Positions 40,377 to 51,364 of a stretch of 64,000 bases of DNA are shown one piece after another. The DNA is from Abditibacteriota bacterium (lineage in GTDB: Bacteria > Armatimonadota > UBA5829). A program made the translations under genes and the position numbers. The stretch is taken from contig JAFSVJ010000084.1 in the NCBI GenBank assembly GCA_017445025.1, positions 980 to 64,979 of the forward strand, in the 5' to 3' direction. The stretch's first letter is position 1, and each line of letters begins with the position of its first letter. A model generated the notes under the pieces. The model worked only from the letters and a program-made list of their open reading frames with translations. It was not told the origin of the DNA and did not search any database.

Positions 40377-41177
40377 TTAATAAAATGTTATTTCACAATT
40401 TTGTGGATAATCAGTTTTGCTTATATCTAAGCCTTTTGGTGCAGATATATATTTGAGAGCATCACAATCAGCAAACGCTCCCTCTCCAATACTATTAACA
40501 CTTTTTGGTATGTCAACAATCCGAAGATTATAACATCCGGCAAATGCTCTTTCTCCAATAATATTAACGCTTGGGGACCAACGTATATACTGTAATTTAT
40601 AACAATTAGAAAAAGCTTCTTTCCCTATTTTTGTTACTTTATCTCCTATGTAAATTTCTTTTAAATTTTCACAATTTTCAAATGTGTTATCCTCTATGAC
40701 TTTTATATTGTTTGGAAGCTCTATATATTTAATATCTGCACATCCATAAAAAGCACCTTTACCTATAGAAGTAATATTATCATGAAAAGAAGGACAATAA
40801 CTACTTTTTAAAGGAACTTTTAGTAGTTTAGTATAATTATTATTATACAAACAACCAACATAACTTTTATAATATTTGTTATTTTTATTTACGTTTATAT
40901 TTGTTAAGTTTGGATAATAAATTCTTTCTATATTTTTAAACGTTTTAAGAGTAGAAGGAATGTTTATCACTTTTATATTCATTTTACTATTAAATAAAGT
41001 TGTTATGCCCATTCTAAAATCATCCCATTCAGTTGCACCTTCTGGAATATTAATAGTATCAGGTTGACTTGTATATTTATATGTGTTATCTATTTTACCG
41101 TTTTTTACAGTAAATTCTATAGCAAATGAATATTGACAAATAATTAGCAGTAGTAATAATAGTATTATTTTTCTCAT
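40377..41177 (-). CDS. Exported leucine-rich repeat (BspA/LRR_5) protein
   Basis: Repeated I..IG..AF.GC..L..I.IP units; start may be GTG 41183 or ATG 41177. Confidence 0.88.
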   Translation of the reverse strand: MRKIILLLLLLIICQYSFAIEFTVKNGKIDNTYKYTSQPDTINIPEGATEWDDFRMGITTLFNSKMNIKVINIPSTLKTFKNIERIYYPNLTNINVNKNNKYYKSYVGCLYNNNYTKLLKVPLKSSYCPSFHDNITSIGKGAFYGCADIKYIELPNNIKVIEDNTFENCENLKEIYIGDKVTKIGKEAFSNCYKLQYIRWSPSVNIIGERAFAGCYNLRIVDIPKSVNSIGEGAFADCDALKYISAPKGLDISKTDYPQNCEITFY

Positions 41178-41189
41178 TTTCACTCTCCA

Positions 41190-41408
41190 TTATATCTTTT
41201 TATATACTTGTGCTGTTGTTGAAGTTGCAGGAGTATCTATAACAACACCTATAATTAAACCATTTTTAACATCAGAATCAAAAGTTGTTCCTAAACTACC
41301 TTGTAGGTTAGCTTCTCTAACATAATGCCAGATTTTTTCACAAATAATTCTTGAACAGTAAATAAAGTTCCTGAAGGTATTGAATCAATAATTTTTTGTA
41401 ACAGATTT
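41190..41408 (-). pseudogene. Frameshifted DUF1413-like paralog
   Basis: SVTKIIDSIPSGTLFTVQELF / EKIWHYVREANLQGSLGTTFDSDVKNGLI...AQVYKKI*; 1-nt frameshift near 41341; AAGGAG RBS but no intact start. Confidence 0.6.
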
Positions 41409-41439
41409 TCTCCTTTTAGGTAATTATAAATATAAGTAT

Positions 41440-41898
41440 TTAATACTTACCTTTATTACGTTGATAATTTCTCTCTAATTCTTCTAATCTTCTCTCTTTT
41501 TCGTCTTGTCGTCGTCTTTCCATATCATAGATAAATTGTTCAGCTTCTCTTTGAGATTTTTCCAACCTTTCTGCTTCTCGTTCTGCTTCTTCTTTTTCTT
41601 TAAGTTCTCTTGCTACTTTTTCTTCGTGTGTAACTACTTCTGTACGTTTTAGTTCATAAGCGGGAGGATTATATTCTTTTAGGTAATTCCAATGGTTTAA
41701 ATCTTTTATATCACAACACATGATAATAAAAAAAGCTATTGCACCTACACCAAGAAATAATATTGCAAACACTTCTGGACACTCTCCCTCACCCTTAATC
41801 AAACGCCTTATTAATAAAATTAATAAAGTTATGCATATTATAAAACCAAATAAACAACCTGTAATAATACTAGGAAGCCTTTCAGGAAGTATATCCAT
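41440..41898 (-). CDS. Hypothetical protein, two TM helices plus charged coiled coil
   Basis: GGAGG RBS; two hydrophobic helices; E/R/K-rich C-terminus. Confidence 0.7.
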   Translation of the reverse strand: MDILPERLPSIITGCLFGFIICITLLILLIRRLIKGEGECPEVFAILFLGVGAIAFFIIMCCDIKDLNHWNYLKEYNPPAYELKRTEVVTHEEKVARELKEKEEAEREAERLEKSQREAEQFIYDMERRRQDEKERRLEELERNYQRNKGKY

Positions 41899-41913
41899 TA
41901 TTACATTCCTCCT

Positions 41914-42183
41914 TTAATTCTTAATATAAATTTGTTGACCGTTAGGGCTTTTAGCCTTATCACCATTAGCATCAAACTTTTCTGTGCAATTTATTTTTCC
42001 TGCAATAACTTGCTCTTCAAACCAAGCTCCAAAATTTGGCTTATTATGATCAAGAAGTGTTGCCCAAGCATTTGGATTAAATAAATCTTCTACAACAAAT
42101 TCATCTGTATATTTCGGTAGAAGTTTAATCCTTTCGTTAATTTCTGCAATTAATAAATCAATTGCAATTTCTGTTCTTGACAT
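41914..42183 (-). CDS. DUF1413-like small protein
   Basis: F.V.DLF....W..L......FG.WF...V..G.I......Q.Y.K pattern; GAAGGAG RBS. Confidence 0.65.
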   Translation of the reverse strand: MSRTEIAIDLLIAEINERIKLLPKYTDEFVVEDLFNPNAWATLLDHNKPNFGAWFEEQVIAGKINCTEKFDANGDKAKSPNGQQIYIKN

Positions 42184-42730
42184 ATTTTCTTCTCCTTCGC
42201 ATATTTCTATGCTTTAAACTATATTTTTTTTGGTTAGAATGAGTAAAATTTCATAACATAACCATATATATTATACTCAAAAAAAAAAACGCAAGTTTTA
42301 AGACATAAATGGTGGAAAAAATAAAAAAATTTCATTTCGGGGCATTTAAAGAGCAAAAATAGAAAAGCAAAAATTAAAGTCGTGGTGCTACGCACCACAT
42401 TGACTTTTAAATGAATAAATTTCATAGGGCTGTATACAAGTATTAGGCTGCAGACCCCCGTCCTTTGCTTCGCAAAGTCCACCCCCCATTTTTCGCTGAA
42501 AAATAGGGGGACAAACTGGCGTCAAAACTTTTTAACGACGACTACAAGATTTAGCTTAATAATAGTTTTTCGATAGCCCACCTTAAACTTTAGAGCCACT
42601 AACCTAAGTGGTGCGTAAGCACCACAATTTTATGCTTTATGCTTTCTGCATTATGCTTTAATTTTTTGATTTGTGATTTAATCCCATTTTATGGTATAAT
42701 ATTTATAGATTGTAAATAACTGTAAATATT

Positions 42731-45700
42731 ATGTATATTCTGCGAAACTTATTAAAATTAATATTTGTCTACTGTCCCATAATTATTCTAATTATTGGGT
42801 TAGGTTTTTATACTCAAAAACAATTTAATAATATACTGACAAACATAGCTCCCATTACTTCAGCCATTGCCACAGAATATATGGAAGCTGAAGCACATGT
42901 AGATTCCATTGAATTTAAAGGCTTAAGCATAATCCTTAACAATCTTTACCTAAAAGAACCCAACGGAAAAGATTTTGCCTCTGCGGAAAAGGTTTCTGTA
43001 AGAATCAACCCCTTAACTATCACTGCTCGGACATTTTCTATCCTAAACATTAAAGCTGACAATTGTTATATCAATATAGAAAGAAAGAACGGAAAGCAAA
43101 ACTTTGATTTCCTCACAAAATTAGCTCAAAGAAAAAACATAACTCCCACAGATATCAGAGGACCAATCGTTCTCATAACCAACTCTCGAGCAGACATAAG
43201 TGACGACCAAACCGGATACATAGACCACCTGACAAACATCAACATCCGTTTTGACCTTAGATCCAAGGAACACCCTTCTGTGTCTGCCACTTTATCATCA
43301 GACTATATTCAAAAAATAAAATATAGCACAAACTTCGACATATCAAACCACAGAGCTTTAATCAACTTAGAGCTTTCAAAAATCAACCTAAGTGTATACA
43401 ACAAATATTCACACTTAATCCCCGTAAACGACACTCTTAAAAATGTTCACATCACAAATGTTTACGGTATATCCGATGCCAAAATTTACCTAAATGTTCA
43501 AAACATGCAAGTGAAAGACTATCTTATAAAAACCCAGTTTTCCTCTCTCTATGCCACCACCAATTTCGGATCTGTTTCAAACGCCAACCTAAGAGCTGAC
43601 TTAACCCCTTCGCTTGTCACCTTTAACACACAAGGAAACTTCGGCAGCAATATCTCCGGAAAAGTGGTAAGTTCCAACCTCTCCGCAAAGGGCAACATGG
43701 GACTTTCCGCCCCCTACCGTATAAATAGTATCTTAACTCTAAAAAACGCCAATTTAAGCAATTTCAGCTCATTTTTGCCAAAAAACACATCCCTTTCAGG
43801 TGTCTGTGATATAACTGCCAATTTATCGGGAGATTTAAAAAATCCGATATTATCCCTCGGTGTTAAAGGAAAAGACCTTGCCTATGAAGGGGTTAAACTC
43901 TCAGAGCTAAGTCTAAAAGCTTCCTATAAAGACAAAGTAATTGATTATGAAGTCAATGCTACAGGGCCTTCTGTAAACAAATCCAAAATTATCTCCCTAA
44001 ACAAAAACTGGCTTGGAACCACTGTTAAAATTTTTGCACGAGGGGACATAAAAGGATTAAATCTCCAAAAGCCGGACATTAAAAGCCTAACCACCACTTC
44101 CCTTGTAAACCTTCGTGGCTTTGATATAAGTTCTCTGTGCCCATACAAAGGCCTTGCAGAAGGTGACTTTTTGATAAAGGGAAACATAACTCGACCTAAA
44201 ATCACTTCCAACATGTCTCTTTCAAAAGGTGTATTTGACCTTAACAAGATTAAATATGAAAATATAAGCATTGACCTATCTTTCAACACGGAAGACCAAA
44301 AAGCTGTTATCAAAAACGGTTTAATAAAAGGTCTATACAACACAGCCATTATTTTCAGAGGCTATTTAGACAGCAAGCTCAACGCTCACGCTTTCCTTTC
44401 CATAGACAGCCTTGACCTTGCTCCTATCGGAAAAGATTTTGACACAGATCTAAAAGGACTTGTTAATTTCAATACAGAAATAATCAAAACAGGAAACATA
44501 ATAGAAGCCACAAACAGGCTTAACGGTTCAAATATTCAATACAAAGACCAATACTTGGATTTTATTCAAGCTGATTTCAGCTTAACTCCCTACGCTCTCT
44601 ACATTCACAACTGTAATATTTTATATCTTCCTGCCACAGTTCAGTTTGCAGGGATTATTTCACCAAATCAAAATTTCTTAGAGTCCGTTATATCCGAAGC
44701 TTCCGACCTTAAAATAGTAAAAGACACTCAAGAATTTGATATAGAGAAAGAGCTTAAGAACCTTAACAAAGACTCACAAAACATCAGTATTCTATCAATG
44801 TTCAAAGCCAAAAAGCCTAACATCTACTTTGCGGGAAAGTTAAAGGGAAACAACTTCTCCACAAAGCATCTCTCAGAGCGTCTCAAAATAAAAAACACTG
44901 ATATAAAAGCCATTGCCAACTGTAATATGTATATAGGTGGAGTTTACATAGACAACAAAATCAAGGACCTTTCCGGAGAAGGTGACATTACAATTGACAA
45001 CCTTATGGCCTACGAAAACATTTTCAATAACTTAACAAGCAAAGTAAATGTTAATGACAACATAATCACCCTTTCAGACCTTAAAGGTGACGCTGTATCC
45101 TACAACGCCACAGATACAAACAGATTCGGCACCATAGACGGAGAATGCACCTATAATATAACCACAGGTGAAATCTTAGGTGACCTTAACATAAATAACC
45201 TTAATATAAACGACTTCAGAAAATATTACAAAAACTATCTGAACGCCTTTGGTATCACTAACACCAAATGTCATTTTTACGGAACTGTAAACAAAGAAAT
45301 TAACGATATAAACTGTAATATTGATACAGAAATCCCCATACTGTCCGTTAACGGAAAATCCTATAGGGACATATCCCTAACGGCCTCTCTTCTTCATTCC
45401 GATCTCTTTTCCGCCAACGGGATCATAAAAAAGGATGACCAATATCTCAACATCCTTGTGGACAACCTTTCTATTAAAAATGAAAATGTTGAAAACATAA
45501 GTGTCACTGTTCAAAAAGCCTCTGTCAATGACCTAAGAGAAATCTTTTATCTCTCACCCCTTGCCAAAACCAAATCTATGAAAGAATTTCTCTCCTATTT
45601 GCCTATAATTTCCAACGGAACCATAGATCTAAACATGACAGCTTCCGGAAACCTTAACTCTCTAAACGGTGAATGCGAAATAAACGGTGAAGATATTAAC

Positions 45701-47722
45701 GCCGACTTTGACAAACTCTCTGTCTTTTATGCCAAGCTTACAGCAGAAGAAGGTGTAGTGAATCTTGAAAATCTTGATATAGAAGGAACGGAATTTGTAT
45801 TAGCTTGTGACGCCTATCCTCTTTTAGATATTCACAATGCTTTTAAACCTAAATCAGAAACAAAGCTTGCAAAGGCTTCTTTGGTTAATAATTCAAATAT
45901 TAACATATCCATTACAAACCTACCCTTAGAACGTTTTGGTAAATATATAAATATGGAAGATGTAAAGGGAATGCTGGCATGCGACGCTCTTATTACGGGG
46001 GATCTTTCACAACCAAACATAACAGCTTCAGTAAATGTTGATGAACCGGCTATCGGTAGCATTCAAATGGATAATTTAATAGCTTCCAAAATAGATATTA
46101 CCAAAGACACCATTGACCTAACGGAAGGTATAACCCTTTATATGACAGAAGACAACTATGCCACCCTAAAAGGCACCATTCCCATGTCATTTATCAATAC
46201 AAACAACAGTAAAGATAACATTAACCTAAGCTTAGAAGCACCGGAGCAGGATTTGGGCTTCTTGGAAGTTTTAACGCCTCTTATTGACAAAGATACTTCC
46301 AAAGGAACTTTTGCTCTCACTGCCACCCTGGCAGGTCCTATTTCAGACACAACTCTGTCAGGTGGAGCAACAATAAGTGAAGGTGAAATTCACACCATAG
46401 GTCATACCACCCTTACCAATATAAACTCCCAAATCACCTTTGATAACGATGATGCCGGAAACCTTTTGCTTAACATTGATAAATTAACCCTTAACGACAA
46501 TAACAACAAAGAGTATGCCTTTGTGGCAGACCCGGGATACATTAAGATTAAAAGTAAAAACAATATATTGTCAGAAAGAATAAACAATCAAAACAGACAA
46601 CAAAACAAAAACATAACCATAGGTGATATGTTGTCTGACGGTGAGATTTATCTCCACGGAACTTTTGATGACTTTTACTATACAAACAGTGATTTTTCAT
46701 CCTTTAGCGATAAAACCAATTGTTATGTTAACGGAAAAATATTTGTGGAAGGAAATCTTCTGACACCTAAAATATATTCTCCGGAAACTTGTGTTTTAAA
46801 CAAAGTCAAATTCTCTTGCAAAGCAGGTAAAAATGAAAAGTCCGAAGACGACTCTCTTCTCACTCTTGCCAACAATAAAATACAAACCACAGGCATCTAC
46901 ACATATAATGACGCTGTGGTTTATGATGAAATATTTACTCAATTAAGAGAGAGACGAAACAAAAAGTATCTCTTTAACCCTTCCTTTGATATTTCTGTCA
47001 AAGCTGAAAACATAGAAGCACGACCTCCCGCAACCATAGCCAAAGTTGATTTAGATGCCACAGTAACAGGAAACCTTAATAACCCCACAGTTAAAGGACG
47101 AGCTGTCATTAAAGAAGGTAGGTCCTCATTCCAAATTGCAAGAGCAAGAATTGTCAAAGGCTCAAGTGTGGACTTTGAATATTCCGACCACACACCAAAA
47201 GCTGATATTAATATAGAAGCTTTCTCCTTCGTTCACGCCTCTGACAAAAGCGGAAATGACGAAAGATATAAGATTAACATTGCCGTTAAAGGTGGCCTTG
47301 ATGATTACGAAATTAAAATGGAAAGCGATCCGGAAGGTTTGAGCCAACAAGAGATCTTAGAAGCCTTTACGGGTATAAATAAAAATACCATTAATGCGGG
47401 AGATACATTAGCTAAGATAGGAGCCAATAATATTCTCACACCTATTGAAGATTTCTTTGTAGAGTATTTGGGATTTGATTCATTGGGATTTGAATATCAA
47501 CAAAACAAATATGCCATTATAAATATAGAGAGAAGTTTTAACAAAAAATTCTATGCATCATTCTATTCTAATTTATATAACGGCGAAAACACAGAAAAAT
47601 CCAACATATCAGAGTGGGAGTTAAAATTCGGTTATAAATTCAATAACAGACTAAGAATGAATATAGGAACTACCGACACCAAGGAAAGAACAATAACCTT
47701 CACTTATGGATTTAAGTTTTAA
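42731..47722 (+). CDS. TamB/AsmA-like (DUF490) large periplasmic protein
   Basis: N-terminal TM anchor, long beta-rich body with G.L..P.I repeats, C-terminal S.P..LSQQEIL and aromatic terminal strand. Confidence 0.78.
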   Translation: MYILRNLLKLIFVYCPIIILIIGLGFYTQKQFNNILTNIAPITSAIATEYMEAEAHVDSIEFKGLSIILNNLYLKEPNGKDFASAEKVSVRINPLTITARTFSILNIKADNCYINIERKNGKQNFDFLTKLAQRKNITPTDIRGPIVLITNSRADISDDQTGYIDHLTNINIRFDLRSKEHPSVSATLSSDYIQKIKYSTNFDISNHRALINLELSKINLSVYNKYSHLIPVNDTLKNVHITNVYGISDAKIYLNVQNMQVKDYLIKTQFSSLYATTNFGSVSNANLRADLTPSLVTFNTQGNFGSNISGKVVSSNLSAKGNMGLSAPYRINSILTLKNANLSNFSSFLPKNTSLSGVCDITANLSGDLKNPILSLGVKGKDLAYEGVKLSELSLKASYKDKVIDYEVNATGPSVNKSKIISLNKNWLGTTVKIFARGDIKGLNLQKPDIKSLTTTSLVNLRGFDISSLCPYKGLAEGDFLIKGNITRPKITSNMSLSKGVFDLNKIKYENISIDLSFNTEDQKAVIKNGLIKGLYNTAIIFRGYLDSKLNAHAFLSIDSLDLAPIGKDFDTDLKGLVNFNTEIIKTGNIIEATNRLNGSNIQYKDQYLDFIQADFSLTPYALYIHNCNILYLPATVQFAGIISPNQNFLESVISEASDLKIVKDTQEFDIEKELKNLNKDSQNISILSMFKAKKPNIYFAGKLKGNNFSTKHLSERLKIKNTDIKAIANCNMYIGGVYIDNKIKDLSGEGDITIDNLMAYENIFNNLTSKVNVNDNIITLSDLKGDAVSYNATDTNRFGTIDGECTYNITTGEILGDLNINNLNINDFRKYYKNYLNAFGITNTKCHFYGTVNKEINDINCNIDTEIPILSVNGKSYRDISLTASLLHSDLFSANGIIKKDDQYLNILVDNLSIKNENVENISVTVQKASVNDLREIFYLSPLAKTKSMKEFLSYLPIISNGTIDLNMTASGNLNSLNGECEINGEDINADFDKLSVFYAKLTAEEGVVNLENLDIEGTEFVLACDAYPLLDIHNAFKPKSETKLAKASLVNNSNINISITNLPLERFGKYINMEDVKGMLACDALITGDLSQPNITASVNVDEPAIGSIQMDNLIASKIDITKDTIDLTEGITLYMTEDNYATLKGTIPMSFINTNNSKDNINLSLEAPEQDLGFLEVLTPLIDKDTSKGTFALTATLAGPISDTTLSGGATISEGEIHTIGHTTLTNINSQITFDNDDAGNLLLNIDKLTLNDNNNKEYAFVADPGYIKIKSKNNILSERINNQNRQQNKNITIGDMLSDGEIYLHGTFDDFYYTNSDFSSFSDKTNCYVNGKIFVEGNLLTPKIYSPETCVLNKVKFSCKAGKNEKSEDDSLLTLANNKIQTTGIYTYNDAVVYDEIFTQLRERRNKKYLFNPSFDISVKAENIEARPPATIAKVDLDATVTGNLNNPTVKGRAVIKEGRSSFQIARARIVKGSSVDFEYSDHTPKADINIEAFSFVHASDKSGNDERYKINIAVKGGLDDYEIKMESDPEGLSQQEILEAFTGINKNTINAGDTLAKIGANNILTPIEDFFVEYLGFDSLGFEYQQNKYAIINIERSFNKKFYASFYSNLYNGENTEKSNISEWELKFGYKFNNRLRMNIGTTDTKERTITFTYGFKF

Positions 47723-47849
47723 TGCACCACTCCCCCTGCTCAAATCCCTAAAACCCATTCCCGAAAAGTTGAAGCATCTGCGAAAACTTTTTGGGAATGG
47801 GTTTTAGGGGTGAGAAATAAGCAAAGCTTTTTTGTAAAAACGACAACAA

Positions 47850-47937
47850 CTTGTCGTTTTTAGCAAGAGCCGGAAAATCTACGATTTTTAGGTGCCCGAC
47901 GGCAAAAATCTTTATCACTAAAGATTTTTGACTAGAC
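47850..47937 (+). repeat. 88-bp dispersed repeat, near-identical copy at 61108-61195
   Basis: CTTGTCGTTTTTAGCAAGAGCCGGAAAATCTA.GATTTT..GGTGCCCGACGGCAAAAATCTTTATCACTAAAGATTTTTGACTAGAC. Confidence 0.9.
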
Positions 47938-48058
47938 ATTTAGGAGGGTGACTAATTATAGACATATCTAAAAAATTACACTCAATCTTTTAAAACTCAT
48001 GAATTGCATTAAGAAAGTGAATAAAAAATCAACGCCAATATCTCAATACTATCCATAA

Positions 48059-49432
48059 TCATTTTCCAAGTAGCTCACATTTGCTGACAAGGACAGCTTT
48101 ATTGTCCACAAGGCACCAAGGAGAGCCTTCTCTAAAGATATATGTCTTATTGTCCTTGTTTACAGTCCAAATATCACTGCTGTTTTCAAACTTTGTCAGG
48201 TCCTTTATTCCACAGGTTTCTTTATTAAATTTTACTCTGTCAGAATTGTCTTTAAACAAAACTGTTTCTATTTCTTCTGTTGTTGGTTTTAACTCTTTTA
48301 ACTTTTCATCTGTTAAAAACTCATAAGGCACTTCTTTAAACTCAGGCTGTGGAACTATTTCTATAGACTTTTTGTATTCAAACACTCTTTTTCTTATATC
48401 TTCCGGCAAAAAAGAAATGCTCCATGGGTATTGGTAGGCTAAAGGATTAAAAAAATCTGTCACTTGATATAAATATTTATTAAATGGATCAAATACAAAT
48501 TCACAAGCCCATATAGCATATTCAGGAATATCCTTAGAAGTTGATGACAGAATTTTATGAACTTTTAATCCAATATCATATTTACTATTAGGTACTCCTT
48601 GACAAATACAACTTATTACCACTTTTTGTTCACCTATATGTTCTGCAAAAACTTGCCTAAGATATATTTTATTTGATGTATTAAACATTATGTTACAATC
48701 TTTAATTTCTTCCTCTGTAAAAAAACTCTTTACTATATCTGTTATTTCATCATTAGAAACATGCCTATCAGATATTAATTTATAATTTCTTATAAAAAAA
48801 TTAAATAATATAATCTCACCTGTTACACTATTTACTTCTATCAAAATACCACCGGCATTATCAATTCCATTTAATTCAGTATTTCTCTTACTGCTTAAAT
48901 AAAATTCCCATCTATTCATTTGAGAATCTTTCATTTCAGAAGAAATTACTTGATTAATTAAAGTATAACCTTTTGAATTTAGCCAATCAATAGCTATATT
49001 TCTACATTCTTTTTGTGAATATTTTGAATTTCCTTTTTGTTCTTCAACATTTAAATTATAATAATGAGTAATAATATTATAATTTAAATCAACATCTATA
49101 AAAATCCTACTATCTTTTAATCTAACTTCACATATATTTGGTTTAATCACACCTGTATGATCATCTATAACATCTATTTCTATTCCTGATAGATTGTCAT
49201 TCCCAATAAACTTTCTAACAATTTCAACAATCTTTTCTTGTGTTTCAAGGTTAAATCTATAATGTGATCTTAGAACACCTTCGGCTAATTTAATTTCACT
49301 CTCCGGAGCAATTGATTTATAATTTTCTTTTTCTTTATTATTTGTTATTCTTAGTGTAGTATCTATTTGCGCTTCACAGACAATTGAGAAAGCAACCAAT
49401 ATGGCAACAAAAATTAATATATATTTTTTCAT
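48059..49432 (-). CDS. Hypothetical exported protein
   Basis: Long AT-rich ORF with GGAGG RBS and signal peptide; no recognised family. Confidence 0.7.
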   Translation of the reverse strand: MKKYILIFVAILVAFSIVCEAQIDTTLRITNNKEKENYKSIAPESEIKLAEGVLRSHYRFNLETQEKIVEIVRKFIGNDNLSGIEIDVIDDHTGVIKPNICEVRLKDSRIFIDVDLNYNIITHYYNLNVEEQKGNSKYSQKECRNIAIDWLNSKGYTLINQVISSEMKDSQMNRWEFYLSSKRNTELNGIDNAGGILIEVNSVTGEIILFNFFIRNYKLISDRHVSNDEITDIVKSFFTEEEIKDCNIMFNTSNKIYLRQVFAEHIGEQKVVISCICQGVPNSKYDIGLKVHKILSSTSKDIPEYAIWACEFVFDPFNKYLYQVTDFFNPLAYQYPWSISFLPEDIRKRVFEYKKSIEIVPQPEFKEVPYEFLTDEKLKELKPTTEEIETVLFKDNSDRVKFNKETCGIKDLTKFENSSDIWTVNKDNKTYIFREGSPWCLVDNKAVLVSKCELLGK

Positions 49433-49772
49433 TTTATCCCTCCGTATTATAATTTTATTATATCAAAAAACACCGAAAAAAGCAAATAAAAAAAACCTCC
49501 CTTATAAAAAGAGAGGAGGTTTGAGGGAGAAAACAGTTGTGCGAATTTCATAGGAACGTATACAAGATAATGAATAATGCATAATGCAAAATGTATAATT
49601 AATGCAAAATGCATAATACTCACCCCCCTAACGCAGTAGGGGGGACTAACTGTATACCATAGCTCGCCCAAAAGTTTAGAGCCCACCAACCAAGGTGGTG
49701 TGTAGCACCACAATAATTGTGTATTGTGCAATGTAAATTGTGCATTAATTTTTTGATTTTTGATTATTGATT

Positions 49773-50525
49773 TTATTTTTTCGTTGTTATTACGGGGCCG
49801 TCTTTGGTTATAGCAACCGTATGTTCAAAATGAGCTGACAGAGATCCGTCTGCGGTCACCACTGTCCATTTATCAGGCAAAATCTCTATCTTGGCAGTGC
49901 CGGCATTTATCATTGGTTCTATTGCAAGTGTCATTCCTTCTGACAATCGGACACCTGTGCCTTTTCTGCCATAATTGGGAACATTAGGGTCCTCGTGAAT
50001 GGATTTTCCTATTCCGTGGCCCACATACTCTCTAACCACATAGAATCCCCTACTCTCACAATATGATTGTATTGCATAACCCACATCTCCCAATCTGTTA
50101 CCGATAACACACTCATCGATACCTTTATATAATGCTTCTTTGGTCACTCTAACCAAATCTTCGGCTATTTTAGTTCCCTTTCCGCCAACTATAAAAGTTC
50201 TTGTGCTGTCACCGTTAAATCCTGCCTTACAAGCACCAAAATCCACACTGACCAAATCTCCGGCTTTTAAAATTCTCTGGGTATTTGGTATACCGTGAAT
50301 TACTTCATCATTAACTGATATACAAGCACTACCGGGAAAACCATAAAGACCTTTAAAAGAAGGAATTGCATCTTCAAGCAAACAAACTCTCTCACAAATA
50401 TCATCTACATCTTGAGTAGACATACCCTCTTTCAAAAGACTACCCACTTCTTCAAAAACATTATAACATACTCTGCCCGCAATTTTCATTTTTTCTATAT
50501 CACGGGGAGTTTTTCTGATAATCAT
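49773..50525 (-). CDS. map: Methionine aminopeptidase type I
   Basis: C.SVND.VIHGIP, GDST, GHGIG...HEDP, AIEPM, SAHFEHT. Confidence 0.97.
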   Translation of the reverse strand: MIIRKTPRDIEKMKIAGRVCYNVFEEVGSLLKEGMSTQDVDDICERVCLLEDAIPSFKGLYGFPGSACISVNDEVIHGIPNTQRILKAGDLVSVDFGACKAGFNGDSTRTFIVGGKGTKIAEDLVRVTKEALYKGIDECVIGNRLGDVGYAIQSYCESRGFYVVREYVGHGIGKSIHEDPNVPNYGRKGTGVRLSEGMTLAIEPMINAGTAKIEILPDKWTVVTADGSLSAHFEHTVAITKDGPVITTKK

Positions 50526-50533
50526 TATATCAC

Positions 50534-51175
50534 CTACAAACCGAGAGTTTTCATAATATTATCTCTAATCTCATCTATTGAACCGCTTGCATCAATATCT
50601 GTTATTTTTCCCTGCTCTTTGTAAAACTCTATCAAAGGAGCGGTTTTTTTATCATACTGGTCAAGTCTGTTATTAATAGCTTCCGGCTGATCGTCACTTC
50701 TGTGAATCAAATCCGCTCCGCAAGCATTACATTTTCCCTCAACCTTAGGAGGATGGTTTACCAAATGATAAGTTTCACCACAGTTAAGACAAACTCTTCT
50801 TTGGCAAAGTCTGTCAACAATCACTTGATGATCTATATTTAAATTAATAACCTTTTCAACAGGCATATTAAGCTCAGATAACATAATATCAAGAGCCTTT
50901 GCTTGAGGAATTGTTCTCGGAAAACCGTCCAAAATAAAATCTTTGATATTGTCATTTATAAGTTTATCTTTTACTATTCCAACAACCACATCATCAGGGA
51001 CCAATTCTCCCTTTGACATATATTCCTTGGCTTTTAAACCTGTCTCTGTCTCTTTTGCAACAGCTTCTCTTAACATATCTCCCGTGGAAATATGAACGGC
51101 ACCGGTCTTTGTAGCTATAACCTTAGCCTGGGTGCCTTTACCCGCACCGGGGCAACCAAACATAACTATTCTCAT
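50534..51175 (-). CDS. adk: Adenylate kinase (Zn-lid type)
   Basis: G.PGAGKGTQ, STGDMLR, LDGFPRT, CxxC...CxxC lid. Confidence 0.97.
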   Translation of the reverse strand: MRIVMFGCPGAGKGTQAKVIATKTGAVHISTGDMLREAVAKETETGLKAKEYMSKGELVPDDVVVGIVKDKLINDNIKDFILDGFPRTIPQAKALDIMLSELNMPVEKVINLNIDHQVIVDRLCQRRVCLNCGETYHLVNHPPKVEGKCNACGADLIHRSDDQPEAINNRLDQYDKKTAPLIEFYKEQGKITDIDASGSIDEIRDNIMKTLGL

Positions 51176-51236
51176 ATTAACCTCTTTCCATGAGCCACCA
51201 CTTCAAAGAGCTACAAATAGCAACTGTGGAGGCTGT

Positions 51237-51267
51237 AAAAAAAGGAGTTGACTGAGTCAACTCCTTT
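51237..51267 (-). terminator. Strong hairpin/terminator between secY and adk
   Basis: 12-bp perfect stem AAAGGAGTTGAC-TGA-GTCAACTCCTTT with a T tract on the minus strand. Confidence 0.7.
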
Positions 51268-51364
51268 AATAAGCAATTTCTAAGGGTTCCCCCCTCTCAC
51301 CAAGTCCCCCCTACTACGTAAGGGGGGGGTTAGGGGGGCGACAGTTAATAAACTTTTAGGGATC

